64,000 nt of DNA, taken from the NCBI RefSeq assembly GCF_030028105.1, contig NC_092390.1:49210777-49274776 (forward strand), read 5' to 3'. Shown here one piece after another: positions 36,201 to 47,400 of the stretch (positions are counted from its first letter, which is position 1; every line of letters begins with the position of its first letter). Below the pieces are notes generated by a model that saw nothing but the letters and a program-made list of their open reading frames with translations, ran no database searches and had not been told where the DNA came from. A program made the translations under genes and the position numbers. Source of the stretch: Mobula birostris (lineage: Eukaryota).

Positions 36201-37520
36201 CTTGAACTGTAATAAAGGATGTCACAAAAGCAAGTTGATGTCAAGCATGCAATATTAAAAAGGCATAATTTCTGAACATTTACTCCTGAACCGTAAAGAA
36301 TTGGTTATTTGTCAACCTATTCAAGCAAGGAAATCAAATAGAATACATTAACTTTCGTCATTTGTTATTTCAGAAGCAGAATCAGGTTTAATATCAGTGG
36401 CATACGTTGTGAAGTTTGTCTTTGCGGCAGGACAATACAATATATAATGATAGAGAAAAAACTGAATTACATAGTTAAAGTGACAAAATTGAAAAGAAAT
36501 TTTAAAAAAGTGTGGTGCTCATAAGTTCATAAACACCACCTAAATTCTGCTGAGACATTATAAATAACTTGCTTTCAAATGATAATTACTGTGGTTGATG
36601 CCATCTTACCCGAATAACACTTCCAATGTGATTTTGTTGTATAATCAAATCAGCTAGCTCAGTGATGTTGACACTGGCCTTGAGAAATAACTGTAAGTAA
36701 CAAAAACAATAGTTGTAAGCATACTTGTACCAACCCACACAGACTTTTATTTCAAAATTGTTTTACAATTTACAAGTTACCTGCTGTAACAATCTCTTGA
36801 TTCCATCGCAATCTAAGTCAGATATGGTGTGTGCTTCAAAATCTACTTGCACTTCCTGCCAAACAGAAATATAGATCAGATTAACATGTGAAATTTGTTG
36901 CACTTGTACAAGACAGAAAACAATAAAAATTAAATAGTGCAAAAAAAGGTCGGGTGAGCTAGTGTCCCTGGACCGTAACTGTGACCACCACGACAGCGAA
37001 AGAACGGGCACTTGGCCGCCAGATGCCCCAGGTCGGGGAGCGGGGCTGAGCATGGACAACAAAAATTAGATATCTGATTAAAAATTACAGTCTCGAAACA
37101 GGGAGTATATGCCCCGTGGCTGATTAACCCAGAACCCGGGGAGGGGGAAATCCGTCAGAATAAGAGAGCGGTCTGGTCCCCATTCTAGCACTTGGCCCCT
37201 TCCCCAGACGGCACTTTTCTTTTCAGCCCCAGTTCACACCCACGCCGGGTACTGGTATGACCGCCCCTCTCCTTACCCCGACCCCTTGCGCTGCCGCCTG
37301 CCCGGCTCCCCATCCTCCTGCAACTTCTCCCCCGTTCCTGTCCACGTGGTTCCGGCTTCACCAGGCCGCCGAGTCCGACCCGCGGCTTCTGTCAGCGCCT
37401 CACCTCGTGCAGTTCTTCTTCCGAGTCCTCGCCGCTTTCGTCGGAGCCTTGGCCCGACTCGGACTCGGACTCGCTGCCCGCCGCCTCCCGCAACGCGCGG
37501 CGCTTCGCCACCGACGCCAT
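30072..37520 (-). CDS. BCCIP: BRCA2 and CDKN1A-interacting protein (beta-type C-terminus), 7 exons, 295 aa
   Basis: Minus-strand exons 37404-37520, 36781-36855, 36610-36690, 35950-36039, 31717-31901, 30438-30606, 30072-30242 (888 nt). Peptides MASVAKRRA, EVQVDFEAHTISD, LIIQQNHIGSVI, VFGFITVLNLTERK, ISERFVNVPPQIALP, RTNKPCGKCHYYL, FANAEDEFFYE, DDVPMKPLR..KEYLSV*. Confidence 0.96.
30438..30606 (-). CDS. BCCIP: BCCIP exon 6
   Basis: 169 nt, VELLDAQRTNKPCGKC...FFYE. Confidence 0.92.
31717..31901 (-). CDS. BCCIP: BCCIP exon 5
   Basis: 185 nt, GTESIEQ...PLHKQL. Confidence 0.92.
33230..34025 (-). mobile_element. Penelope-like element RT fragment with inverted pLTR end
   Basis: GVAMGTPMFPSCACLFVSYVEQ, HSALKFTWSISNTSLPF, FFKERGFP..., RAPLVLTYHP are PLE RT motifs. 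Confidence 0.85.
34500..35256. mobile_element. hAT MITE (Charlie-like) with 8-bp TSD cactaccc, containing a nested hAT (34625-35153, TSD cttgaaca)
   Basis: Outer TIR cagtggtccccaacc / ggttgggggcccctg; inner TIR taggattgccaa / tttgcaacccta; both TSDs perfect. Confidence 0.88.
35386..35591 (+). mobile_element. fold-back Penelope-derived insertion with minimal hammerhead ribozyme (core 35451-35485)
   Basis: About 65-bp inverted arms around gtc-CTGACGA-agggtctcagccc-GAAAC-ATC-gac; TSD-like aa(t/g)taccaccc. Confidence 0.75.
35451..35485 (+). ncRNA. minimal type-I hammerhead ribozyme motif (PLE-type)
   Basis: CUGACGA core, stem II GGG/CCC, GAAA, NUH=AUC, stem I GUC/GAC; activity untested. Confidence 0.6.
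35950..36039 (-). CDS. BCCIP: BCCIP exon 4
   Basis: 90 nt, QAEISD...LTERK. Confidence 0.92.
36610..36690 (-). CDS. BCCIP: BCCIP exon 3
   Basis: 81 nt, LFLKASV...GSVIR. Confidence 0.92.
36781..36855 (-). CDS. BCCIP: BCCIP exon 2
   Basis: 75 nt, EVQVDFEA...LLQQ. Confidence 0.92.
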
Positions 37521-37860
37521 CTTCCTGCGCTTCCGTCAGCGGAAGTTAATTCAGCCGGGCCTCCCATGGCTGCACACAGTCCGTCAACCCATCGCGTTTC
37601 TTCCGAAAAAACAAACAATTAGCGAAATAGCTGCTGGTTATGAGCAACGTTAATCTTTAGTGTGACGCTGTTAATGTCTGGGACGGCCCATCGCCGGCGA
37701 ACTTCGACCCCTGACTGAACCGGCCTCCAACGTGAGTTACCGCACTCTGCGGTGTCATTGGCGGTGGGCTCACCGTCCGGAGGAAGATCAGCCAATCAGG
37801 GGAAGGGTCACATTGGGGGCTCAGTGGGGGGCAGCAATTGAGGGGCAAATAGGACAAATG
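36950..37860. promoter_or_regulatory. CpG island / bidirectional BCCIP-UROS promoter
   Basis: GC- and CpG-rich island. YY1-type cgccatctt at the BCCIP ATG; inverted ETS pair CTTCCG-tcag-CGGAAG 37530-37545; CCAAT box agccaatcag about 37790; candidate + strand donor c|gtgagt at 37732 for a non-coding UROS exon 1. Confidence 0.8.
37404..37520 (-). CDS. BCCIP: BCCIP exon 1 (MASVAKRR..acidic..ELHE)
   Basis: aagATGGcg start; GAG|gtgagg donor; 117 nt. Confidence 0.9.
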
Positions 37861-38781
37861 TGGGCAGAATTATTGAGGGGCAACCAACTAATTGTTTGGG
37901 ATAGGGGTGGGGGAGAGAATAATTGAGCAATCAAAACCAGTGGGAGCAATCGACTGGATCTTGGACTGACTGTCTAACAAACCTCAGTAAGGATAGGCGG
38001 TAACTCCTGCACCACGATTGTTCTCAACACTTGGCCTCCTCAGTTCCCACTCTCCTGTCTGTTTACTCATAACTGCTGGCTAGATTCTGCTCTAGGGAAG
38101 GCAGAATCATTGAAGGCCAAATGTAAACAGTGGTGAGAGAATCATGCAGGTTATGAGACAAGAACTAGAGGTGTGGTCAGTGGGGCAAACAGCCACTGCT
38201 ATCAAGATTAGTGTCTTTCACAAACGTAGGTGATGGAGTCAGTGAGCAACACAAATTCAGAGAGATAGAATGAGGAATAGGATCAATGGGGCTGATTGAG
38301 AGCTAAACTCAACCAACGAGGGAGGGGCAGACAGTGGGAGGCAAACATTCAGTGACACAAGTAGAGAGGAAACAAATCAGTGAGTGGCTTTAGAGAAATA
38401 GAACTAGTCAGGAATAAAGATAATAGAACCATAGAACACTACAGCACAGAAACAGGCCTTTTGGCCCTTCTTGGTTCTGCCAAACCATTTTTCTGCATCG
38501 TCCCACTGACCTGCACCGGGACCATATCCCCTCTCATCCATGTACCAGTCCAAGTTTTTCTTAAATGTTAAGAGTGAGCCCGCATTTACCACTTCATCTG
38601 GCAGCTTATTCCACATTCCCACCACTCTCTGTGTGAAGAAGCCCCCCACCCACCCCAATGTTCCCTTTAAACTTTATAATGTGATAGAATAAGATCAACA
38701 AGTAGCTGAGAGAATGATTAAGAGATACTAATGTGATAGGATAATAAGGCCATCAGACATAGGAGCAGAATTAGGCCATTT

Positions 38782-39366
38782 CCGACATCCCACCCTGCAA
38801 AAACTCATTTCAGGGAGGTAGCACCATCAATTTGCAGGAGATTCCCGGAACTTCCGGGAGAGGTGGGATGTCTGCAATAGAGTAGCTCCTTAGCAGCTAG
38901 CCAGCTAGTTTAAATAACATTAGCTATGCTAATGAACGAATGACACCTCAACATGTCTTTTACAGTCCTAACCCACCATGGGCAATAGAAAAGTCACTGT
39001 TGCAGACAGTGCAGCGAGCAACACTGTCATTATTTTTGACCCCTATTAGGCAGGGTTACACTTCAGGGTAGTCTGGGGTGATGTATGTTTTATATTTTCT
39101 TTTTTTGAAACACTCTCCCATGGCGCGCTTTCTCTCTCTCTCTCATGCGCGTGCACTCGCTTTCTTGCTCTCTCTCGTGGTCACTCTTGCACTCGCTCTC
39201 TCTAGCACGCTTTCTCACTGTCTCTCACTCTCTCTCTTGCTCTCTCTCGCTCACTCGATCTCAAAAAAATTGATTTCCGAGACATTGTATATAATTTGTG
39301 GGCATCAGGGAGCCACTATTAATAAGCGGGAGACTCCCGGAACTTCTGGGAGAGGTAGGACGTCTG
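38782..39366. mobile_element. TIR DNA element with 6-bp TSD (ccattt) inserted in a CR1 3' end (about 38745-39700, -)
   Basis: Ends ccgacatcccacc / ggtaggacgtctg; internal copy of the right end at about 38840-38874; (CT)-rich interior. Confidence 0.7.
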
Positions 39367-39909
39367 CCATTTGGCCCATCAGGGCCCTCAATCCCACTCA
39401 CCAGCCTTCTCCCTATAACCTTTGATGTCATGGCCAATCAAAAACCTATCAAGCTCTGCCTTAAATACACCCACCGCCCTGGCCTCCACAGCTGTCTGTG
39501 GCAATAAATTCCACAAATTCCCCAACCTCTGGCTAACGAAATTTCTCTGCATCTCTGTTTTAAATGGACACCCCCCTATCCTGAGGCTGTGCCCCCTTGT
39601 CCTAGACTTTCCTACCATGGGAAACATCCTTTCCACACTTACTGTGTCTGGGCCTTTCAAGATTACTCCCCTCATCCTTCTAAATTCCAGCGAGTACAAT
39701 GATAATAGGTAATAAGTGAAAGATAAAGGCACAAAGAGAATGTCAGGTACATTTAAAGTAACTAGGACAGTGAATGACATACGAGCAGAACAGTAAGCAG
39801 AGAGCTTTCTATACAGTGATACAAAGGATGTGTGTAGAATGATTGCAGCTGGAATCAGTATACTCTGATATGAAGGAACAAAATGTAAGTGAAACTCATA
39901 CTGAATGAC

Positions 39910-40255
39910 AGGAGGTGTAAGGCACTCCTTCCCTCCACTAGCCTACAGATCACCTTTGGCCAAGGTGTAGCTCCTGCTTAGCACCGCCCCCTTCAATCAG
40001 GTGAAGCCATGGGAGCAGGTGATGGATGGTCATGAACAGCTGGTGCATATCACGTCCTGGGTATGCCACCACTGACGCCAGGCAGATAATCTCTGAAAAG
40101 TATTGATAATGTCTGGGGATCACCCGTCTTGTAAAGAGCTGCCTAGAAGAAGGCAATGGCAAATCAATTCTGGAGAAAAAATTTGCCAGGAAAAATCATG
40201 GTTATGGAAAGACTATGATCGCCTACGACATACGAGGCGGCACATAATGAACGAT
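39910..40255 (+). mobile_element. unclassified SINE-like repeat (other copies 3585-3675 and 48760-49075)
   Basis: Shared core gcctgcaggtcacccttgggcaaggtgtagcacctgcttagc in three places. Confidence 0.65.
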
Positions 40256-41094
40256 CGAATATGAGAGAATAGAACTGCTGAAACACTTTCTGGATGGCAG
40301 GTGGAATGTAGACATCATGAGCCAGTGATGGGCTGCTAGACAGTCAAATATTGATCCTTGTAGGTTTTTTTGTTGGAAAGGTTGAGAATTATTTTTTTTG
40401 ATACACTTAATCAGTCAAGTTGGGGGGAAAATATTTAAGTTCATGCAGTCAACACAGTATACCATCTTCCACAACAGCTCAATATATCCTTCCATGTGTT
40501 CTCTAAATCATGTGAGCACTTAGTGATTGAGAATTGTTCAGAGTTTGAATCCACATTTTGAGGATTTGTGGGGTGGGGGTGTAGAGGGAGGAGGGGGAGT
40601 TTTAAATTAATGAATTGTGGCTGTGAGAAACAGAAGCTCTGTGACGAAGGGGGTAAATTTATGTATTAAGATACAACGTGAAATAGGCCTTTGAGCCGCA
40701 CCACACAGTAATCCCCCAAATTAATCCTAGCCTAATCATGGGACAGTTTACAGTGACCAATTAACCTGCCAACTAGTATGTCTTTGGACAGTGGGAAGAA
40801 ACCGGAGCACCCAGAAGAAACCCACGTGGTCACGGGGAGAGCATACAAACACTTAGAGACAGCGGTAGGAATTGAACCTGGGTCGTCAGTACTGTAAAAC
40901 ATTGTGCTAACCACTACACTACTGTGCTGCCCGAATGAGGATAATGACAATGTAAGATCACCAATAAAAAATCATTTTATATATAATTGAACCCTAGAGA
41001 ATCAGTGAATAAATGAGCTGTTTACAATAGTACAAAATGGTCCAGAGAAGAAGTTACAGAAACTGAAGAAGTACTCTTAGTCGCAACCTTTAAG

Positions 41095-41320
41095 GCTTAT
41101 CTTCCAAAACATTTGTTATAATTGGGTGGTTTCATGACTGCAAGGATATGACAGTGGTTCGAGTTAAACCGTTGGAAGTGGTTATCTATTTATTAAAAAG
41201 GGTGTTGCTACAAAGAAGGCATCGATGACTATTTGGCACAATGCTATCTCGGTATTAGGAAAACAATTCTGAAAATTTTGTGCTCCATGCAGTTCCAGTT
41301 ATTTGCAATCTCATTCTTAG
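41095..41320 (+). promoter_or_regulatory. candidate erythroid alternative promoter of UROS
   Basis: GATA sites (YTATCT) at 41097, 41182, 41244; CACCC boxes (gggtg) at 41124, 41200; adjacent MYB (ccgttg 41169) and ETS (ggaagt 41174). Confidence 0.45.
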
Positions 41321-41342
41321 CACTGTGAAGAAAGTGTGAGAA

Positions 41343-41405
41343 ATGAAAGTCCTTTTGCTTAAAGATCCTAAGGAAGGAGAATTGGGACCTGATCCATATG
41401 TTCAG
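41343..41405 (+). CDS. UROS: UROS first coding exon
   Basis: ATG 41343; acceptor cttag| ends 41320; cag|gtaag. Confidence 0.93.
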
Positions 41406-44400
41406 GTAAGTTCCCTGAACTAATTTTATTTTTACATTATTGTATATCATTTAGTTGCAACTGTTTTTGTGTGTGATGACAAAAAAAACTTTGAAATGTC
41501 AATCAGTATAACACAGACTTTATTGTAGACATTTTTGGCTGAAGATTTTATGTGAATATACTGGATCAATACTTTATAGTTTCCTATGAAAAGAAATTAA
41601 TATTTTTCTAATATATCCCAATTTGGACTTTTTGTTATCAGGAATTTGCTTCACGTGGCCTTCAAGCAACTTTAATTCCTGTTCTATCATTTGAATTTAT
41701 ATCACTTGAAGACTTATCAAGAAAGGTAAAAAGAGAAATAAAATAGTAAATGCTTGGAAAATTGGTTCTGTACTTTTTGTTAGACAGTGAGATGAAAACC
41801 TGTGCCCGTAAAGACATACGAATTATGCCACAGAATATACGAGGACTGATGTTCTGTGATTCTGGTGGTTGAGAATTTTATACTGGAGTTTGCAACTGAG
41901 AAAAATATTTTTAAGTGGCAATATAATTCAGTCATAAGGAAGTGAGTAGATTATAATAGGTACAGAAAAAGCAGGGAGTTATGATGTCTGAGTTAACATT
42001 TAGGAAAAAGTAAGAAAGACTGTAATGTGAAATGAGATGTTTATTAAGTGCAAGCAGTTCACCACTGTAGCATTATTATAATAAGAGTAAGCCCTGAAAT
42101 AAATGTAAGATTTAATGGATGCATTTTATGATACTTTAAATTATTAAGCTACAGATTCCTAAAGATCATCAGATCACCATTGTATATGGCTGAACCACCA
42201 ACAACATCAGACCCTGCTCTCATCTGGCAAAACTGTTTGCTGTTCTAAGATGTTCTTGGCTGCAAAGATAACATCCAGCTTCTTTTGTAACCAGTCTTCT
42301 GTGTCTCCTTTACGTTCAACACCAATTACAAGTGTAAGGAATTCATGTCACAATGATCTGATATCCAATTTATTGCCTCTGTCACTTCTCTTCATTGTTC
42401 TTAAATGCACTAGAACAACTTCCTAATGCTTGGTTGACCCTAATTCCAATCATGTATATTTTTCCAATTACCCCATGTTCAAAATTATCTACTTCACGAG
42501 GCCCAGTTCAAAGGTTCATTTTTTTGTCAAAGTATGCATGTACATACAACTCTGATATTTGTCTTCTCCAGATATCCATGAGGTACAGAAAGACCATACA
42601 TCAACTACCCCTGCAGGAAAAAGAAACAAAGCTCGCAGACCTCAAAGTACCCCACCCCCTCCCTGCAGAAAAAAAGTGGCAACAATAGCAACCAATTCCC
42701 AACCCCACCCCTGCAGAAAAAAAACAGTGGCAATAACAATCCCCAACCCTCTCACTCGCAAATAAGAACAGCAACAGTAGGATCAAAACCCCCAACACCA
42801 CTCTGCCTTCTGCGCACACACACACACAAAGAACTAACAGATCACCCACCCACCAATCAGCCAGAAGAAAGAAAATGCTGAAAAACCAAAGCAGACCAAT
42901 ATAAAGTACAGTGCAATTGCATAAATCTCAGAACATTGAACAGCGTGACTCAGAACTCACGCCTGGTCTGAATGTCCCAGTGTTCCCATGTGGGAGCAAT
43001 CACTGACCCCCTCTGCATTTACCATAGTGGTCTCCACAGGGAACTATTACTGACCGGGTCTGATTGCCGCCAACCTGGTTGGTGGCTTCCATTGCGAGCG
43101 ACCGCGGACTCCCTCCGCATTCACGTCGATGCTTCAATCTTCCTTGCCGCTTCAAGATGGAGTCATAAATGACCCCGCGTCCCGTCTCCGATCTTTTCCA
43201 CAAGTCAGTTCGTGTTCTCGGTCCTTTTCGGATCCTGATCTCTGATCTCCACGAAGCAGCTCTGCAGACACAGCAGAACACTAGATCGTTTGATCGAGTT
43301 CCAAACTGCACGCCACGGGCTCCAACAGTTTCCATAACACAAACAAGACAAAAAGAACAAGCAGAAGGATGGAAAGAGTGAAATAACTTAAGAGATTTAG
43401 GTACTCATTACCCTCCATGTAAAGAAGTTGCCTCTGAGATCTCTTCTAAATGTTTCTGCTCGTTTTGGACTTCCCTTTTCCAAGCTGGGAAAAAGGCTAA
43501 TTCTTGTAGTTATATTACTTCTCTTTCTAAAGTGTACTGTTTGTTTATATTGTTAATGGCACCGTTTCCTTCTGTTCATGGTCACCTATGTCATACGACA
43601 CAGCACATAACGAACAAACTATTTCCTCAGCTACTGCCAGCCTTTCAGTCAAACCGATTGTCATATGATCTCTCAATAAAAAAGGCTATGATCTATCCAT
43701 CATTGCAAACTGTCCTCCCCATATCAGTTTTTATCTTCCACATGTATGGAGACATGTTCTGCTGTTCCTGTCACGGTCTCTGTTCCTTGGCTGCTGAATC
43801 TGAGCCCCTTCTTAGAGACCATCATACTTAACACTGAGCTGAGCTTCAGGCATTAATTGGGCTATCACCTCGATCATCTCCACATCTTACTTTGAACTTC
43901 CACGTCCAATTCTCAGTAACTTTAATGTTATCCAAAAAAGCTTCGCTACCAGCGCCATAACTTGCTGTTCATTTATTAACTTTGTACTAATTGACCTTCA
44001 TTGGCAACTAGTTAGCAAAGCTGCAAATTTAGTAATCTCTCTATAGCCTTGGTCTTTCCTTTCTGTTTTACACCTATAACCCTCCAACCAGTCTGTGGTC
44101 TCTTCTTCTCTGACTGCTAGAATGTCCATGCACTAATTAATTTAATATTGGCAGCTACACCTTCGGTTGCCAAATCCTTTAAGTTCTGATATTTGCTCTG
44201 TAACTCCCCCCACCTCTCTACTTCCACCCACCTAATTTTCTCCTTGAAAATGCTCCAAAAGTCTCCTCTTTGACCACATGTCTGTTCATCAGCAATGATT
44301 ACTTTCGAACAAATGAAGCAGTTCAGAGACTAAGTACATGGGGAGGGGGCGGAGGGAAGGGGTTGACACTGTATAACGTGCTCTCCGGAAGTAACAAGAT

Positions 44401-47400
44401 ACTAAGTCGATGAAAATGCGTTAGATCCTTTACTGAGGAATCAGCAAATATGAACTATCTTGTAACGATAAAACTAATGAAACTAAGACTAGCAATATAA
44501 TGAGATTAACAGTCCAAGCATATTCAAATGTATTTAAGCCAAGCATTCTTAAAATATTTAAATGGTAAATGAAATGGTCAACAAAAGAGCGTCATTCCTA
44601 GCTGCCTCTAACTCTAACCTGACTAAAAACTGAGCTAAGGTCAAAGCATAAATACATAACTATACTCTCCACTTCTATCACGCCTGACCCACGTGACAAA
44701 TTAGCCATAATAAATGCACAACGCCAAATACAATACAGACAAACATAAAATAGATATCAGGCTCCTGCACACCCATCTGTAAATATCTTCTTGGATACTT
44801 CAGCATCTATTTTTGATTTCCACTCTTTGAAGCACCTTAGAACGATTAAAAGGGTTATATTAATGAAAGCTGGTTTTGGTGTGAAACTCTGGCTTAAGTT
44901 TTTTTTGAAGTTCATCCCTGTGAGTATTGAGTTAAATTTGCACGTGACCATGTACAAACAATGGATATGTTACAATTTGTTTGGGAAATACAATCAGTCA
45001 TTCCCCCTCCAACTTTCAAATCTTTTACTCACTCTTCCTTCAGTTAGTCCTGACGAAGGGTCTCAGCCTGAATCGTCTAGAGATGCTGCTTGGCCTGCTG
45101 CGTTCACCAGCAACTTTGATGTGTGTTGCTTGAATTTCCAGCATCTGCAGAATTCCTGTTGTTTACAGTCATTTCAGGATGTTGCTTTAAAATTCCACTG
45201 AAAACAATTCTTCACTGAACTTACTTCTTTTGTCATTTATGTTGATTTTAATAATGCTCATTGTTATGCACTTTGTTGGAGCTGTATGGTGCTTAAATAC
45301 TCATCATCCATAGATAACTGGGAACGTCGGAAAGGGTTAGCAAATAAAAGCTCATTGGACGTTTAAGCTCAAATCATTTGGACATCAATATTTGAGTATT
45401 TACAATATGTGGTAAAATAAGAAGTAAGCATAAATGAATATTTTTGTGTTTAGCGACAGAATCGTGATAAATGCTTAAAAAATAAAATGTACAGATATTT
45501 ACAGTATTTGTTTTAGCATATGAAGGTAGTTTTCCTCAAAAACTAGTGTATGTCACTGGTCTTTGAGACAATAGCTGGTTTATAAATTCTGGGTAAATGT
45601 TATGCAGAATTATTGCATCCAAGCAAGATATTAGTCTTGGAATAACTAATAAGATGGAGTTGAGATTTACTACAGAAAATAATGTCAATTAAGTGCAATA
45701 TTTGATTTAACAAAAAGTTATTCTGAAAGGTTTGCATAATACTTGGTTCACATAAAATTCACATTAGAATACTTATAGTCATGTTGCAATAGGTACTTCC
45801 TGCACTGTTAAGAAATTAATTATGCAATTACTCATTTTCATTCTCCTTTGCATGTAGCTTGCACACCCTGAAGCTTATGGTGGGCTGATATTTCCCAGCC
45901 CCAGAGCAGTGGATGCTGTGAAGTTATGTTTGGCAGAAAAAGAGATTAGCGAAGGTGAGTGAATTTTTAAACTCTTATAACACATTTAATTACGAAGCAT
46001 TATCTTTTCCCTGGAGATAAAATGAGTACTATTATAAAAATGAATAAAATTTAATTTCTTGTATTTTAATTACACTAATTACATATTATATATTTTTCTC
46101 AAGTTCTTTATCTTGGTTTAATCCATCATAATATGGAAATTGTATAAATTTTCATCACAGAATCCATCCATCCTGTGTGACAATTCCAAATTCTGAGCTT
46201 TTAAATCTCCTCTTATTCTTTGTTAAAGAGACCAACTCTTGCTTTATCAGTCCCTTCACATAAGTGAAGCACTTCATCCATTTAACCATTCTTGTAAATC
46301 TCATCTGTGTGCTTTTTAATGCCTTACCATTAATAATTGTTTACTCAGCTATAAATATTACTGACTAGTTTGATTTGCTTTTGAATCAGGAATATAAGTT
46401 AGTCAAGAATATCTGGCACATTTAAGACCTTTTTAATTTCTGAAAATCAAAGGCAAAGTAAACTTATTTATTATCAAAGTACGTATATGTTACCATATAG
46501 AACCCTGAGATTTATCTTCTTGCAGGCATGTAGGAAAATAAAGAAATGATAAATAAATTTACTTTGACTTTGATTTTTATAATTTATGAAAAATAAAATA
46601 AAACTAAAGGCATCCGTTAGTCTTGCGATACCGTGGATCTGCGCCTGGAAAGTCTTCACTCTCCAGGGCGCAGGCCTGGGCAAGGTTGTATGGAAGACCA
46701 GCAGTTGCCCATGCTGCAAGTCTCCCCTCTCCACGACACCAATGTTGTCCCAGGGAAGGGCATTAGGACCTATACAGCTTGGCACCAGTGTCGTCGCAGA
46801 GCAATGTGTGATTAAGTGCCTTGCTCAAGGACACAACACGTTCCCTCAGCTGGGGCTCGAACTCACAACCTTCAGATCGCTAGTCGAATGCCTTAACCAC
46901 TTGGCCACGTGCCCACAATTTATGAAAAACTATATATAAACAATCAATGTGCAAAAGAAGACAAATTGTGCAAATACTAAACAAGTAACTCTGAGAACAC
47001 GAGTCATTGACAGTAAGCCTGGAGGTTGTCGAATCAGTTCATTGTTAAGGTGAGTGAAGTTATCCACACTGGTTCAGGAGCTTGAAAATATAGGGCATTT
47101 TCTCTGAATTATTGAACATACTGTCCCAGAACTTCATCGACTAAAACGTTACATTAAATAGCACTATCAGGGAGGGTGCAGGGTTTGTGCAACCTTAATC
47201 ACAAGACTCGTTCTGTCAATCACTGGGTTCATGTCATCATGCTGATGTTCAAAGAGCATTTACTTCATGGAGGAGAAGAGAGGGATTGAGAAGTCCTTCT
47301 GAGGATGAGTGTAAAGGTTTGAGGGCTTGAAGTGAAGGAACAGTTCAAGAAGACACAGACGTGGGCTGGTGTGCTGCTGGAGCATGAACCCCTTTGGCAG

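Noticed and set aside
37257-37622. GC-rich ORFs of 121, 87 and 72 aa in the CpG island
   Set aside because: Antisense or alternative-frame shadows of BCCIP exon 1; expected in GC-rich DNA.
39125-39260. (CT)/(CTCG)-rich tract and its ORF
   Set aside because: Low-complexity interior of a DNA transposon; not coding.
44370-44760. Possible solo LTR (TG...CA)
   Set aside because: No TSD, second copy, PBS or PPT identified.
46845-46916. tRNA-like sequences (also 16438-16510 and 5666-5740)
   Set aside because: They run into SINE bodies, two have TSDs, and no convincing cloverleaf was seen; these are SINE heads, not tRNA genes.
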